Source of the DNA: Eledone cirrhosa
Taxonomy: Eukaryota
Length of the DNA stretch: 64,000 nt
Assembly: GCA_964016885.1 (NCBI GenBank)
Contig: CAXHJY010000702.1
Location: 124,001-188,000, forward strand
Reading direction: 5' to 3'
Part shown: in pieces, positions 27,438-41,132 of the stretch
Numbering within the stretch: the first letter of the stretch is position 1
Layout of the letters: every line of letters begins with the position of its first letter
The notes under the pieces: model-generated
Database searches by the model: none
What the model was told of the DNA's origin: nothing
Seen by the model: the letters and a program-made list of their open reading frames with translations, nothing else
Position numbers and translations under genes: made by a program

Positions 27438-28498
27438 TCTATATATATATATAAAATTAAGTATGTGTGTCTGTGTATTACCTATAGGGGCCTACTCTTA
27501 CGACCGATTTTCCTTTAAACTTAGTCATCGGGGAGTGTTTTCTAAATATCAGCGTATCGTTTTTTTTTTATTTCGGGGTCATTCTGCAGATAAAAATAAG
27601 ATTTTTGGCTCTAGCTACCACATTTTGCCACCAATCTCGTTCAAATTTTAAAGCAAAATAGAGTTTATCATTGCACATCCTGTAAGGGCTTTATATTTTG
27701 CATTTGTTGTTCAAGGACAGCGTGGCAGCCGCTTAAATATTCAAAAATAGCACTTTTAGACTCAAATTTCCACTTTTTCGGCTCTAGCTCCTACATTATT
27801 CAATCTACTTTGTTCAAATTTTACACTACGCTAGATCAGATTGTTTCACGTCTTAAATAGGCTTTACATTTTGGATTTTTTGTTCAGGAACGGCGTGGCC
27901 GCTGCTTAAATATTCGAAAGTACCACGATTTCGCTCAAATATCCGCCTTTTCGCCTCTAGCTCCCACATTTTTCAACCGATTTCGTTCAAATTCGAAACT
28001 TCGGTTCCACCTCACACATAAATCAATTTATTTGGTTCAACTTTTATACTACGATAGATCCTATCATTAGCTACCACATTTTTCAACCGATTTCGTTCAA
28101 ATTCGAAACTTTGGCTCCACCTCACACATAATCAATTTATTTGGTTCAACTGTTATACTACGATAGAACCTATCATTGCACATCTTATAGATGGTGAAAG
28201 GCAAATCGATGGCACTGACGTCGTCTGAGCTTTTAGTTGTGTATTTCAGAATTCATCGGTTTCCAATCAAGTAGCGTGAGGAAATTTGGTTTAGTGTTAG
28301 AAGTCATTACCTCCCTTCCCCAGCATGCCCCTTCGTCAGTCACCCGCGTTTCTCAGTAATAGAAGTCTTCACCACCCTCCCCCATGGCCTGTGTGTGGCC
28401 ATAGATGAGTCATCGAGAAGCAGTCGCTAAGATCAACACCTTTTCATCAAAGCAGATATTATTTTACCTGCCCAATCAACGCTGGGTACTGCTGCTAG
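27438..28498 (+). mobile_element. Non-autonomous Helitron
   Basis: A|TC 5' end, 3' hairpin GCCCA...TGGGT followed by CTAG|T, internal ~170-bp and ~110-bp tandem subrepeats. Confidence 0.8.
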
Positions 28499-28630
28499 TA
28501 TATATATATATGAAAGATAGTGTGTATGATTTTCAAATAATGTTGAAAATAAAAAAAAATTTCGAAGGATTCAGTAATATACGAATTTACCTTTTTCAAT
28601 ATTTACCTGGCATTTGGAGCATTATATATA
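28499..28630 (-). repeat. Right arm of the inverted repeat paired with 27315-27437
   Basis: Reverse-complement match. Confidence 0.85.
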
Positions 28631-29043
28631 TATATTATATTATATTATATTATATTATGGTCTTAGCAATAACAAAAAAAATTAATGAATTATGGTTTAG
28701 ATGACCTTTGGAAGGAAAATGAAAATGTAAAAAAAAAAATGGAGAAATAATACATTTTCTTTTTATAAATTACCAATCTAAGAGTAAATGCTAAGAACAT
28801 AAGACTAAACTGGAACATCATTAGCACAGTGCTGTCTAATGTGAAACTCAATTTACAGTGAACTGTAAAAGAAGAACGAAAACATCTATGGATAATCTTT
28901 AAAGACACTTTCTTTTCTAAATTGAATTTCTCTTAAACATGCAAGTCAGCCATATAGCTTTAGTGTGTAAAACTTCCAGGTTATTTTTGTATTTACATTT
29001 AAAATATTTTCTGCTGTTTTTTTTTTTTAAACACATAAAGCAT

Positions 29044-29310
29044 TTAACCCCTTTGATTCTAAATTACCTGAAAACATCCCTGCGTTTGTGATATAAAACT
29101 ATTTTTAAGTGTTTATATTGATCTAAACAATCTTCCATCATAATTTTATCAAAGAATCTTTGTTAATGTATGATGCTCCAAATGCCAGCTAAATATTGGC
29201 GGAGTTAACCTTGTATATTACTAAATCTTTCAAAATTCTTATTTATTTTCAACATTATTTGAAAATCATACACAATATCTTTCATTAAATGTATGGTGTT
29301 AAAAGGTCAA
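29044..29310. mobile_element. piggyBac-like MITE, second family
   Basis: TTAA CCCCTTTG...AAAAGG TCAA; relatives near 41500-41840 and 50511-50765. Confidence 0.6.
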
Positions 29311-30046
29311 ATTTTTCTTCAACTTACTGAAATTAAATTCCTTTTTTTTTTTTTTTTTTTTTTTTGCTGTATCAGTTTTTTGCCTTTGAATTTAAATTAA
29401 TATCAGACATGTATCATGTAGATTACATTACACAAAGGAATTAATTGTTAAACCTCATGCAATTTTAAATGATAGTAAATATTTAAATATTAATTATTTT
29501 GAAAATGCTTTGAAAGTAATAGGCAGTCATGGGTTGATAGATGCTATATTCAAAAACATACAATCTTGAACACATTGATTAGGAAAAATACAAGATGTCA
29601 GTCCAGTCATTGGAATAACACCTATTGGGTCATAGTAAGCATTTTGTCCTGTTTTTTATGAAAGTACTGAACTCTGAGCTCCAGTTCACCAAGCTGAGAA
29701 AATTAAGTATTAGTTCTTTAAGATGCATTATTAAGCTTCATCCTTATTTTACAAAAAGCCAATCCGGTGCATGATTTCTTGTGTAATATTTATTTTAGAA
29801 TACTGGCAGCGATCTTAATGGCATTTATCATGTGAGTTTAAATCACATAAGAATAATTGTTTCTACAAGTTGAATTGGTTACCGTGCATATTTCCTTGTG
29901 TTGTGATAAAGCACTAAAAAGACAAAGTAGATCGATTTCACTTTCTCTGTACATAGAAAGATAGAAACCTGAGGTACAAACAATTTAAAATGATGAGGCT
30001 ATCGGTATGTGTGTGTATGTATGTATATATATATATATATATATAT

Positions 30047-30485
30047 AAGGGATAACAAAATATTGTTATAGGTAATCCAGTTAGAGGTTGTGAATACTTC
30101 GTATTATGGATAGTTTTAGTGTACGACGTTGTTTGACACAACAAGAGGTTTACGTAGGTGGCGAGTTTATGACTTCTCTTGCATTCCTATGTAAGTTTAT
30201 CTTGGAGTAATAATATTGAAAGAGTGAAGAATAACATGGTCAACAGTACACAAAAGGGTTTTATTTACAGTCTACCAATTGTTTCATTGATTAAGTTGTC
30301 TAAAAATTGCTGAACATTTGGTGCTGTGCCACTCAATTTTAAATACGTTGTTAGCTTAACCAGATCATCTGAGAAATTGTTATATGTTCAGTTTTTTCGA
30401 ATTCAAATTACAGCATCATTAATATTATTAATGATGCTGTATTAATATATACTGTTGACCATGTTATTCTTCACTCTTTCAATAT
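30047..30485. mobile_element. TA-flanked element with a 36-bp inverted repeat (30213-30248 / 30450-30485) and a 33-bp hairpin
   Basis: ATATTGAAAGAGTGAAGAATAACATGGTCAACAGTA and its reverse complement; GAAACAATTGGTA half-hammerhead on the minus strand. Confidence 0.6.
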
Positions 30486-30496
30486 ATATATATATA

Positions 30497-30640
30497 GTTG
30501 GCAATATCATTAGATCATCAGATACAATGTTTTCTGGTATTAGTTCCAGATCTTTGAGTTCAAATCCTGCTGACGTCAACTTTGCCTTTCATCCTTTTGA
30601 GGTCAATAAAAAAAATCCAATCTAGTACAGGGATCCATTC
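30497..30640 (+). mobile_element. SINE family A, diverged
   Basis: GAGTTCAAATCCTGCTGACGTCAACTTTGCCTTTCATCC. Confidence 0.65.
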
Positions 30641-31757
30641 TTCCATTATATCTCTTTCTAATTTCCTCTCTCATTTCTACTCTTCTCTGGAAAAATATGC
30701 TGTACTCAAGCCTGGTGAGGGATGGGCTTCACCTAGAATGAAAGGTCCAAGAAATGCTGTGTGCCCCTAAGGCACCCTACAGCTCAATCAGATGCTATAG
30801 GACCATAGTATACCATATCTGTATATATCTAGTTTAGATTAGGTACATAAAAAGGGTTAGTGAATTGATAAGCATAAAATGTTGCCTCAAAAAGAACTCC
30901 ATGACAAGTATAAAACCTGTCATGTGGCCCACAATGCTAAACTCTGTTTTACCAGAGCCAATGGCCATAAATACTTATTGTTGATTACAACCAAGAGCGA
31001 AGAAATATACTCACATCTCTGTTGCTATCATTTTCTTACATCTATTTCCTACATCCATTTAAAATGTCAGCTGTTAGATAAATACAAGTTAAGTAAATGA
31101 TATATAATTCAAGAATGTTCATCTAATAAGTACATTGAAGGAAAGTTAATGTGAACATTTTAGTGACAATTGATATTTTAATGTAAAGATAATGCAATTT
31201 TGATAATAAGAACATTTTATTTTTATTTTCTCACTCAACCCTCAATGATATGTCATATAAACAGATAAAGTTATTGGATAAGTCCTCTGGCTATAATTTC
31301 TAATTAAATATATGGGTGAATATTTAAAATGAAATAGCTTAGTGTAGACGTAGTTATTGAGATTTTCATTATCATTTTTATAACATTCATTGTTATTAGA
31401 ATATGGATGCTTTTCTTATTCAACACAATTATACACACTCACATGATATATATATATATGCATATGCATATATATATATGTATATATGTATAGAATGAAA
31501 TATATTTTCTTTTATTCTTTTGGTGGTTTCAGCATTGAGCTGCAGTACTGCCTTCAAGGGTTTTAGATAATTTTATCGACCCTGCTACTTTGTGTGCTAC
31601 TTATTTTATCGATCTCTATCTGTCAAATGTTCAAGACTGCCTAAGGGACATAACTCAGCAGACTAAATACCACAAGGTGTTTTTGTTAGATGCACAGATT
31701 TGTCATCCCTCTCCTTCTTGATATACTCATACCACCCTCTCTCTCTACACACACATG

Positions 31758-31819
<62 letters not shown>

Positions 31820-31991
31820 AGGATCGGAATTAGAGATTCCGCAGTTCACAGTAATAATAATATTAGCTCAAAGAAGAACAGCATTTTCAACTGAGCTCAA
31901 ATATTCATTTATATTGGAACAGTTATATTTCAGCATGTATATTTGCGTTCTCTCTTTCCATTAGGCTAGATGTGTGGCGGGCAATTCCACA

Positions 31992-32067
31992 CTTGCTGAC
32001 TGAGGAACCTGTGGACTTGTACGCTACACATTTCAGTGGCGAAACGAAATAGATTTGTATCAGCAAG
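31992..32067 (+). ncRNA. Type I hammerhead ribozyme within a TA-flanked ~430-bp element (31819-32250)
   Basis: Perfect 8-bp stem I CTTGCTGA/TCAGCAAG, CTGAGGA, GAAA, stem III ACGAA/TTTGT, GTA cleavage triplet. Confidence 0.75.
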
Positions 32068-32671
32068 CTTATAGTTATAAGGTTGGTAATTTAAAACTCT
32101 ACTTCGGAGATTTTATTCTGACTTAGAGTTCTTTCTATTTAATTGCTAACCTGTAGGTGCTGTTTTCCATACAGTAACGGTTAAACCCACATGTAATAAT
32201 TCTTTACACACATCTCACTGTGTAACACACTTCTCTCTGTGTAATATATTTGTATATATATATATATGCATGCTTACACAAACACACAGTTCGATGTTGA
32301 GTGCTCCAGTTCTATCAAGATAACTGCTGGCTTCAGAAATTAGCATGCAAGAAGCTGAGCAGTCCATGGGCATATGTACCCTTAAATAGAATCAGCATGA
32401 CTCGGTACAATCCAGTTCACAAATAATTAAACAAATCAGCCAGAATGAACCAGTATGTGATGCATAATTGCATCATGAATAGCGATTGTTCTTATTATAC
32501 TATAGCAATATTTCAACTCTATTTCATTGAATTCTCATCTTAAAATGGCAATGATGACATATATATATATATAAACAACCAGTTGACTTAGGTAATATAG
32601 GAAAAATCTGAAATATAACTGTTCCAATATAAATGACTAAAACAATAGTCAGTCATTACAAATATCATCCT

Positions 32672-33096
32672 CATTATCATTTTTATGTCAGTTTTTCCAG
32701 TTACATGGGTTGGATGGGCCTTTTTCAGCACAGCATCTCTCCACTCATTGTGATTCTTCATCATCTCCACTGAGTTTCAGCATTTTGAGATCAGATCTCA
32801 CTACCTCTGCCCAGATCTTCCATAGCCTTCCTCTACTGAGACTTCTTCCCAGTGAGGTTTCTTGCACATCTTCTCCCAGTAAGCCCCATCCATGCACTTC
32901 ACATGTCCATACCAATGTAGTTTTCTCTCTTGCACAATATTCAGTTTCTCTCTCAATTCATCCAAAATCTGTCATTCTCTAACATTAACATTGCACATTG
33001 ATCAAAGCATGCTTGCTTCACTTTTTTGCCACCTGTGCATATCTTCTACAGTCACTGCCCATGTTTCAAAGCCATGCAGCATAGCACTTTGTACAT
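32672..33096 (-). mobile_element. Old RTE LINE 3' remnant
   Basis: Decayed homology to the RT C-terminus (CATGTCCATACCA, AGCATGCTTGCTTC, GCCATGCAGCAT). Confidence 0.65.
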
Positions 33097-34003
33097 ATCA
33101 ATCATCATCATCATCAACGTTTAACGTCCATGTTCCACGCTTGCATGGGTTTGGACGGGGGTAGTCCCACTTGAGGCAAGAGTGATTGTCTTGCTTGCAT
33201 AGGACTGTCTGGCAGGTTTTCTACAGTTGGATGCCCTTCCTAACACCAACCACATTTACAGTGTGGGTCTGGGAGGTTTTTACCGTGTTGCCTACACGGC
33301 CACATTACAGCGGGGACTGTGTGTTTTTTTGTCGTGACACCTACACGATCTCATTTGTTTCGGCCTGGATGGTGCGGCACCAACATAACTTTACATAGAA
33401 TGGGTGGGGTGGGGGTGGTGGGGGTGGGACGGGGTGTATTTTGTTAGAGATGCCTACTGGCTGTAGTAGGTTTTACTATGTATTTAGGTAAAGCGGGTCT
33501 TCTCTGTTACTGAGTACCGCCAAAGGTCTCGGGCCAGTGACATTGTCTTGGAGAGGTGTAAGTGTGTGAGGTCGGAGTTTATCAGCTCGTCCCAGGTTTT
33601 TCTAGGTCTGCCTATTCCGTGGCTACCGTCTATCTTTATTGCCCTGCACTTTGTTATACAGCTATCGACTTTCATGCGCATCACGTGTCCATACCAACGT
33701 AGCCTTCTCTCGAGTAAACAACATCTGATCCCTCTTATTTCTAATTTTTTCCTTAGTTCGTTTATGCTTTGCCGTTCACGTATATTACTGTTACACATCC
33801 ATCGGAGCATGCAAGCTTCGTTCATCTCTAGTCTGCGTATATCCTCTGCACACAATGCCCAGGTCTCACTGCCATGCAACATTGCTGTTCGTATGCAGGC
33901 ATCGTACAACCTGCCTTTCATTTTTAGGGAGAACCCTTTAGCAGCTAATAGTGGTATAAGCTCTCTGAACCTTTTCCAACCAGTTCTGACTCTAGCTACT
34001 GTA
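33097..34003 (-). mobile_element. RTE LINE, 5'-truncated
   Basis: Near-identical to 18150-19067. Confidence 0.95.
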
Positions 34004-35234
34004 ATGAGGTAAAAACCCTGGAAACAAAAAAGTGAATAGAGGTGCCTGCAAGGAATCAAACCCCATATCTCATATGCTGGGTGAGTACATTATCCAATAC
34101 ACAAAGTGTTACATGACCACCAGTTTCTGGTTTTCAGATTCTAAGCCGGCAGCTAAATGTATAAACATCCAGTTTGACTTAATAATCATTGGGAAAATTT
34201 GAAATCTGAAATGTAGTCATCCCAGTGTAAATGACTATAACAAAAGTTCATCACTCACCATGCATCCCCCTCTTTCCATATCCAAAGATTCTTTACCTGA
34301 TTTTTATTTCTCTATTGTTTATGATCAACTATTGTTATAGCTATTTATAGTGTGGTGTTTATATTTAAAATACATGTTGACAAAGAAATCCAAATATAAT
34401 TTTCTAAAAAAAATTGTAATAAATGTTAAGGAAATAGGGATGGTTATTGCATAACTAAATCATATATTTCATAATTGTTGTATTTTGATATAAACTTTAT
34501 ATATATATTGTATATATATACTGGCTGCATTATATATATTGTATATATGCTAGCTTCACTGTCATGACTCTAACAATTTTCAATTATTTCATTTTATGCT
34601 GGGATATTGAAACATGAGAGTGGTGAATTGGCAGAGCTGTTACAGTGTCGGATTATAAATGCTTCAGGTTGCTTTAGCTCTTTGCACTCTGAGTTCAAAT
34701 TCCACTTTGCCTGTCTTCATTTCAAATCTTCTACTGAGGTTGATTCTTCCTCTATCTCTATTTATCAATTTCTCTCTATCTTTACACTCTCTCATATTCT
34801 GTCTCTCTCTTTCCCTCTCCTCTCTCCCCCTCCCTTCCCCTCTCTCCTCTTGCTCTCTGCACACTTTCAAATTCCATTGTTTTCAACTTCGTCATCATTT
34901 AATGGTCAATAAATTACCAGTCCAGTACTGGGTCTAATTCTTCCTTTATCCTTCCGCCTCTCTCTCTCTCCATAACAAACTTGGACAGAGAAAGACTCAA
35001 CCAGTTTTAAATGACTAATACAAGCAGTATGTTATGACAGCAGTGTTACATCTCCACCAGAATTTCAGCGATCAAAACCGGATGAATGAGCAGGGATTAA
35101 AAATGTTTTTAGAGTTTTCTATTATTTATTAAATCTAATTTTATTTGGCTTAATTGCTTAAAGTGCCTAGCTGTTACCTATATGGTATGGGGTTCGATTC
35201 CTCATAGCAGTTGATTGCAACTCCTTTCTGCCAG

Positions 35235-35324
35235 GAATTGGGACCAGTAGATTGGATCAGCAATTTGAAATACCAATGGAAACATTGTATCCTCAGTTCA
35301 ATCTGACGAATCCCACCTCACTCG
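35235..35324 (+). CDS. Candidate internal exon of an unidentified host gene (90 bp, phase 1-1)
   Basis: Acceptor CTCCTTTCTGCCAG and donor GTAAGC; open frame IGTSRLDQQFEIPMETLYPQFNLTNPTSL. Confidence 0.35.
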
Positions 35325-38300
35325 GTAAGCAAATAAGGTCTGCGATCTTGTCAATTCAGTTCAATTTTATTTGTAATTCATTGAAATGGAACAGTCTAGG
35401 GTTGTACATCAATTACTAATGGAGAACAGATTCTATTCTGCTTACGGACAAATAATGCAGCTATACTTGATTTTACATCATTCCCAGCTTACAAAGAGAC
35501 CTTGCTACTAGTATTAAATAAGTCATCCAAATGTTTAATACTAATTTCCAGTTAGAATTACTGAGGTAATTTAATATGAACACTTAAACATTTGTTACGT
35601 ATAGTAAGTTACTTCATCAAGCAATAAGTGTTTATTGTATACATTGGATGTAAAATTTTGTATATATGAAAACATCATAAATCTATAAGAGCTTATACAA
35701 TGGTTATGCAAAATATATATATTCGCTCAGTGAATTCCTCAGTTATCCCATTCAAGATCTTATCTACATTTATGATCTTAATTTCATTTCGCAGTTATTT
35801 CTCTACCACCCATAAAATGATAATGTTCACATATATGTTTTTAGATGAGGTTCTGGAAATGTTAGAGTAATTTTCTTCTCACATAAAAATTATTACTTGA
35901 CTTTCATAAGGGATGCTACATTGATTACGATGATTCTCTATAGATTTGAATTGATACTAAAGAAATGTACACACACACACTGTCATACACACTGACGATC
36001 TTTGCCACAATAACATAAACCTTCCTGTAGAAAATGTCACCACTCAACATTTAATGTTTTGTGCTTCAGACAATAAACTCTGGGCAATCTTTACAAGTTG
36101 AACAGTCAGTATTATTGAATAAATAAATACAGTAATACAACCATGACATTTTCAGTTTTTGGTATGAATTTCATTTACAAATGTTGAGTTCATTTTCTAC
36201 CTTGGAATTGTTTTGGTGGGTTCAATAATAATTTTTTACTTTTGGTACAAGTCCAGCAATTACCCCAGTACATTACTGGTGCTTTATTTTATCGACTCCA
36301 TAAGGGTGAAAGGCAAAGCTAATCTGTCAATCCACTGCTTTGAGAGGGGGGGGGGTCTATAATAATAGTGTTTCTTGGTTTAAATCATGGTAAATTTAGG
36401 AAATTAATAGTAAATTGATTTGCTTTGAATTAGTATCATACTGTTACATATTGTACTAAAACGAGCAAAAGTATAGTCAATAATAAAAAGACTACAGATC
36501 AAATAAATCAAACTTTACCAAAATACATTATAGAGAAAACAATTCACCAGTGATGCACTCTATTGTAAAGTTAATTAAAAATTATAAATTGAAAATTATA
36601 TTCTAAGAAGTATTTAATAATCTATTTAAGCTTATTTTGAATAACTGAAGGTAACAATTTATGAACAACTACTAATTACTATTCGTTGACCTTTCATACC
36701 CTCAATGTTCCTTGCCCTCCAATGACCTCCCTACACTCCCATACTTTCCAGTACCACCTTTGAATCTTCTGGAAAGCCCAGAAATGCAACAGCACTCACT
36801 TTGAGAAACAGTAAATTAAATACTGAAAGCCATTATTCAAGAATGTTGTTATTTCTTTTAACTCACTCTTCGTTAATGATTCATAATAATTATAACAATT
36901 TCTAATTTTGGCATATTGTCACAAATTTGTGGGAATGATATAATCAAGTAAATTGGCCTACATATTTAGTAAATAATTGGTTAATATTCACCAACAGAAG
37001 AAATGAAAAAATTACTAAGTCACAAAATAATAAAGGCTGGATTTACATAAGTTAGAATTGTTCTAATTATCAAAGCCTGAAAACAAAAACATGTTTGCAT
37101 GTTTACCTCATTAGGTAGAAATTGTTATCTAGAGCTAGAGTTGATACCATATATAATAATAATAATATCTACAGAGAGAGATAGAGTGAATGCATGTGGC
37201 CAAGTGTTTAGGGTGTTGACACACCATCACAATGTAATAAGTACAATTCCTAACTGGGTAGCACATATTCTTCAGCATGATACTTCATTGTACAATAGGA
37301 CTGGTGACACTGTCACTAAAACATCCAAGAAACCAACTAGGAGATGAAATCCTATTTGTGGCCAGTTAAACCTGCATAGGTGAGAGAAGCGGAAAGAGAT
37401 CCTTATTTTGAGTCTATTTTTCATGCTGGCATGCATTAGGCATTCTGCGTCAGTTCTTATATGGAGTTATTTGAATATGTCTTACTCATACATCCAATTT
37501 AGGGCATGGTTTCTACAGCTGAATGCTCTTCTTACAACCAGCTACTTTAAACATTGTACTAGATTCATTTTATCATAACACCAACTCTAGAAAAGTTGTC
37601 ATACATTTGATGTGACGAAATAAACCTCTATACCTTATGTTGTTATTATTTACAGGGGCAACACAATTAATTTTATCATGGCAACAAAATTAGAGTAGGT
37701 ACCATGTCCTTAACTTAACTGGAAGTCTTTTCTACCATCTATTCTCACTGTTAAGTCATTAATCATATGGTATACAAAGTTGGCAAATTTAGAACCAATT
37801 ACTAACAGTTTGTTTAAAATTGCAATTTATTTAGAATAGCGGGGATTGGTTATAATGATTCCTTACAATTCCTCATTAATATATTGTAAAATGTATAGAC
37901 ATAAAAAATGAAGTAAATCCAAAAATAGAAAACTGCTTGTAAAATATATAGGAACTTCTAGAAGACTACACTACTCTTCTTAGGTGAAGATTTAGGAAGT
38001 ATTAAGTTCTGCTGAATATTACAGAGCATTAACTTGTTTCCTTCATGGAGAGATATGCAATGTAAAGGTTAGATGTATAAAATCACTTATCTTGTATTTA
38101 TTGTTTGTTAACAGTGGAGATTAAATATATGCTACAGAAAATAAATGGATTTATTGAAGATGTTTGGTGCCACAGCAAAACTCCTCCAGTCAACACAGTA
38201 AAGTGTTTTTATTTGTGACATGACAAAACGCAGCATGGCCACACTGAAAAGTGCTCATGTTGGTGACGCAACAATAATGACGAATGAGCAACATCAATTT

Positions 38301-41094
38301 TTCCCATTTTAGTATTAACCCCTCTTACTAATACCGCTCCTGGAAACAAAGGGATACTTTGCCCAAGTGAACAACAGATTGTATGATGGCTGCTTATGTA
38401 ATGTGATATTGCATGGTAGTTAGATATGAATATTAAATTCAGACGATGTGTGAAAACAAGAGGATATGAATAGAGAGTGATTAGACTCTGAAAGGCAAGG
38501 TTTACCACAGCAGAATTGAACACAGAATGAAGAGAGTTTGAACAAATACAAAACATTTAGTCCTATACTGTACTATAGAACAACAAATCAACACATATTC
38601 TCTTTTTTTTAAATAGTCATAAAGAAATGAATTCACATCGATTGTAGATTTGATCTTGAAACCTTTTATTAATGAACCCACAACGTATGATCTCATCTAA
38701 ATTCCACTTAACTTAGGTCATTCTGCCTGGTTTCTTGTGAAAAGATCACATATATTTAGTATATACATGATAGGTTTGTTATTTTTAAAGATACCATATA
38801 TAACATATGGGTCAAGCTGATGAAGCTATTAGTGTCATGAACAAACTACAATTTTTGTATAATTCTCTTTTTCTGCTTACTTTGGTAACTGCTTTTAGGG
38901 GTCTCTTGGGCTTTCTTCCAACAATTATGCTGACCCAATCTTTCCTGAGGTCATTTCTGCCTTGGCATGAACCAAAACCTCAAACCACATAATTATCTAT
39001 TAATTATCCAAATCTTTTGGTGTCCTGCCATTAACCCCCTTGCCTTTGTTATCTAATTTCTGGCTAATTATACTGGCTCAAGTAGAGTTAAGTATCTGGT
39101 TTCAGGGTAAGGCACAATACATGCCAGTAATGTGATAACAATTTTCTAGCCAAATATTCAATATGTTTATATACTCAAGTTTATAGAATTTGTAAATACT
39201 TTGTTTTGAGCCTATCAACCTGTATTCCAATGTTTGAATATAGCCAATCAACTCTATATTTTTATGTTTGACTATATCATGCCAACCTAATATTCCAGTG
39301 TGTCCCACCAGCCTGGCATTCCAATGTGTAAATAAATCTCACCAACTATTTAATATGTTCGACTTATATTCCAATATTAGACTATATATCTCTAACATTG
39401 ACTGAGAACTAATGACAAAGCAGCTCAAGTTAAGAAAAATGTTTTACACGCAGTTGAGCCACTGAACAACAGAGCCTGTCCTTGTGAGATGAAACCAACT
39501 TACCAATGTGTACCACATGCTCTCTCTCAGCCCTACATAATGCCTCCCCACTGGCTCCAGTGGTGCCTGGCCTTTCTGGTTCTGCCTGAAATGCCTCCAA
39601 ACTGCTGTTCATCATTGTAGAGCCAACCTTCAGAAATGGGGATATAACACTGATGCTTCTAACTGCCAATACAGGCAATTACAAACAATGAATCAATTTC
39701 TATTTTGCCCGAATCTTTAAGATTCAAGCAGACTTAACGATCTTGAAACCTTAACACCCAGGCCAGGATGGGTGTGTTGTAACAACTCGATAAGAAGAAT
39801 CCCACTAGCATTTCCCTTGTTTCGCTATATCCTTACCAACTGAGTATTCTGTTCTGTTACATACTTCTGTTTATTCCTGTTATATACCTTCATTTCTGCC
39901 TGAATCAGTGATCATTCTACATAATTGCTTTTGCCTAAGTTCTACATTGTTTTTATTTTTGTCAAGTTTAGACATTTGTGATCTACCATATATATTTGTA
40001 TACAAGTTGAGAAATATGTGACAAAATTCCACAGTAAAATGGTGTCGGCTTATATTCGAGGTCAACATTTTGCCAATTTACACTACCTTCAAATTTTACA
40101 TAAATGAAGTGCTAAAATATTTTTTGCTTTGAAGGGGAATATTACACCAGTTGCATTTTAGAGGTGAATATTATACATTGGTTTTACTTTAACTTTTTGC
40201 TTGTCCTGACATTGGTTGGATGGGAGCTGTTGAGACAATGTTTTATAACTGGTTACCTTTCCTGATACCAACATTTTTAGTTATTATGATATACTGTGAT
40301 ATAATGTACCAAGTTTAGAAACCAGAATACACACAGTAGATTTAATTATTTAAGGAAGATCGTAAACAGATCAACATTCTTGTTTCCCTACTACCTTTTT
40401 CATTTTCCATATAAATTTAAATACAAAGTGATTAGGTTTGATTCATGGACTTGCTTGTATAGTATATCCTTAATCAAACACATCTTTTCACATTGCTTCA
40501 GTTCATTTGGCTAAGAAATGGGTTCTAATAACAGCTGCATTTTACACTGCATATTGTACTTCCTGTCACTAAATGTTTTCAACACCAAGATAAGTTGCTG
40601 CTAGGCTCTAGGTTTGGAATAAACTTTAACTAAAACCTATTCATCAATAATAAGATAAATTGGTACTGTGTAGGTTTTTATATTCTCAGCTTATATAATT
40701 AAAATCATGTGATGATAACATATGTTCATATTTTTACTGTTATAGAAAATAAGAGAATTGATCATACTATTAAGAAAAAAGAATTATGTAATTATAATGT
40801 TTGTCAGATGAAATATTTTCTTTCAACATATCTTTCTTGAAATCAGGTGTTATTATGTAAGCCTTCATTTTTAGTCTTCAGTATGTTTCACTTACAACAA
40901 ACTTTAACAACAAACATATTATAAGATAAACTACTTTTAATGCAATTGCTAGAGAATAACAGAAATAAATGCTGCTAACAAAAACAAATCTTTTCTTTAT
41001 TTGGTTATTTGCCATGGAGTATAATCAAGTTCTCAAATATAATACTGCTTGGTGTTGTGTTCAATGGCCAATAGATCTAACTTTTATTTTACAC

Positions 41095-41132
<38 letters not shown>

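Noticed and set aside
38990-39860. Possible old LINE remnant or exons on the minus strand
   Set aside because: No recognisable motif could be read; left uncalled.
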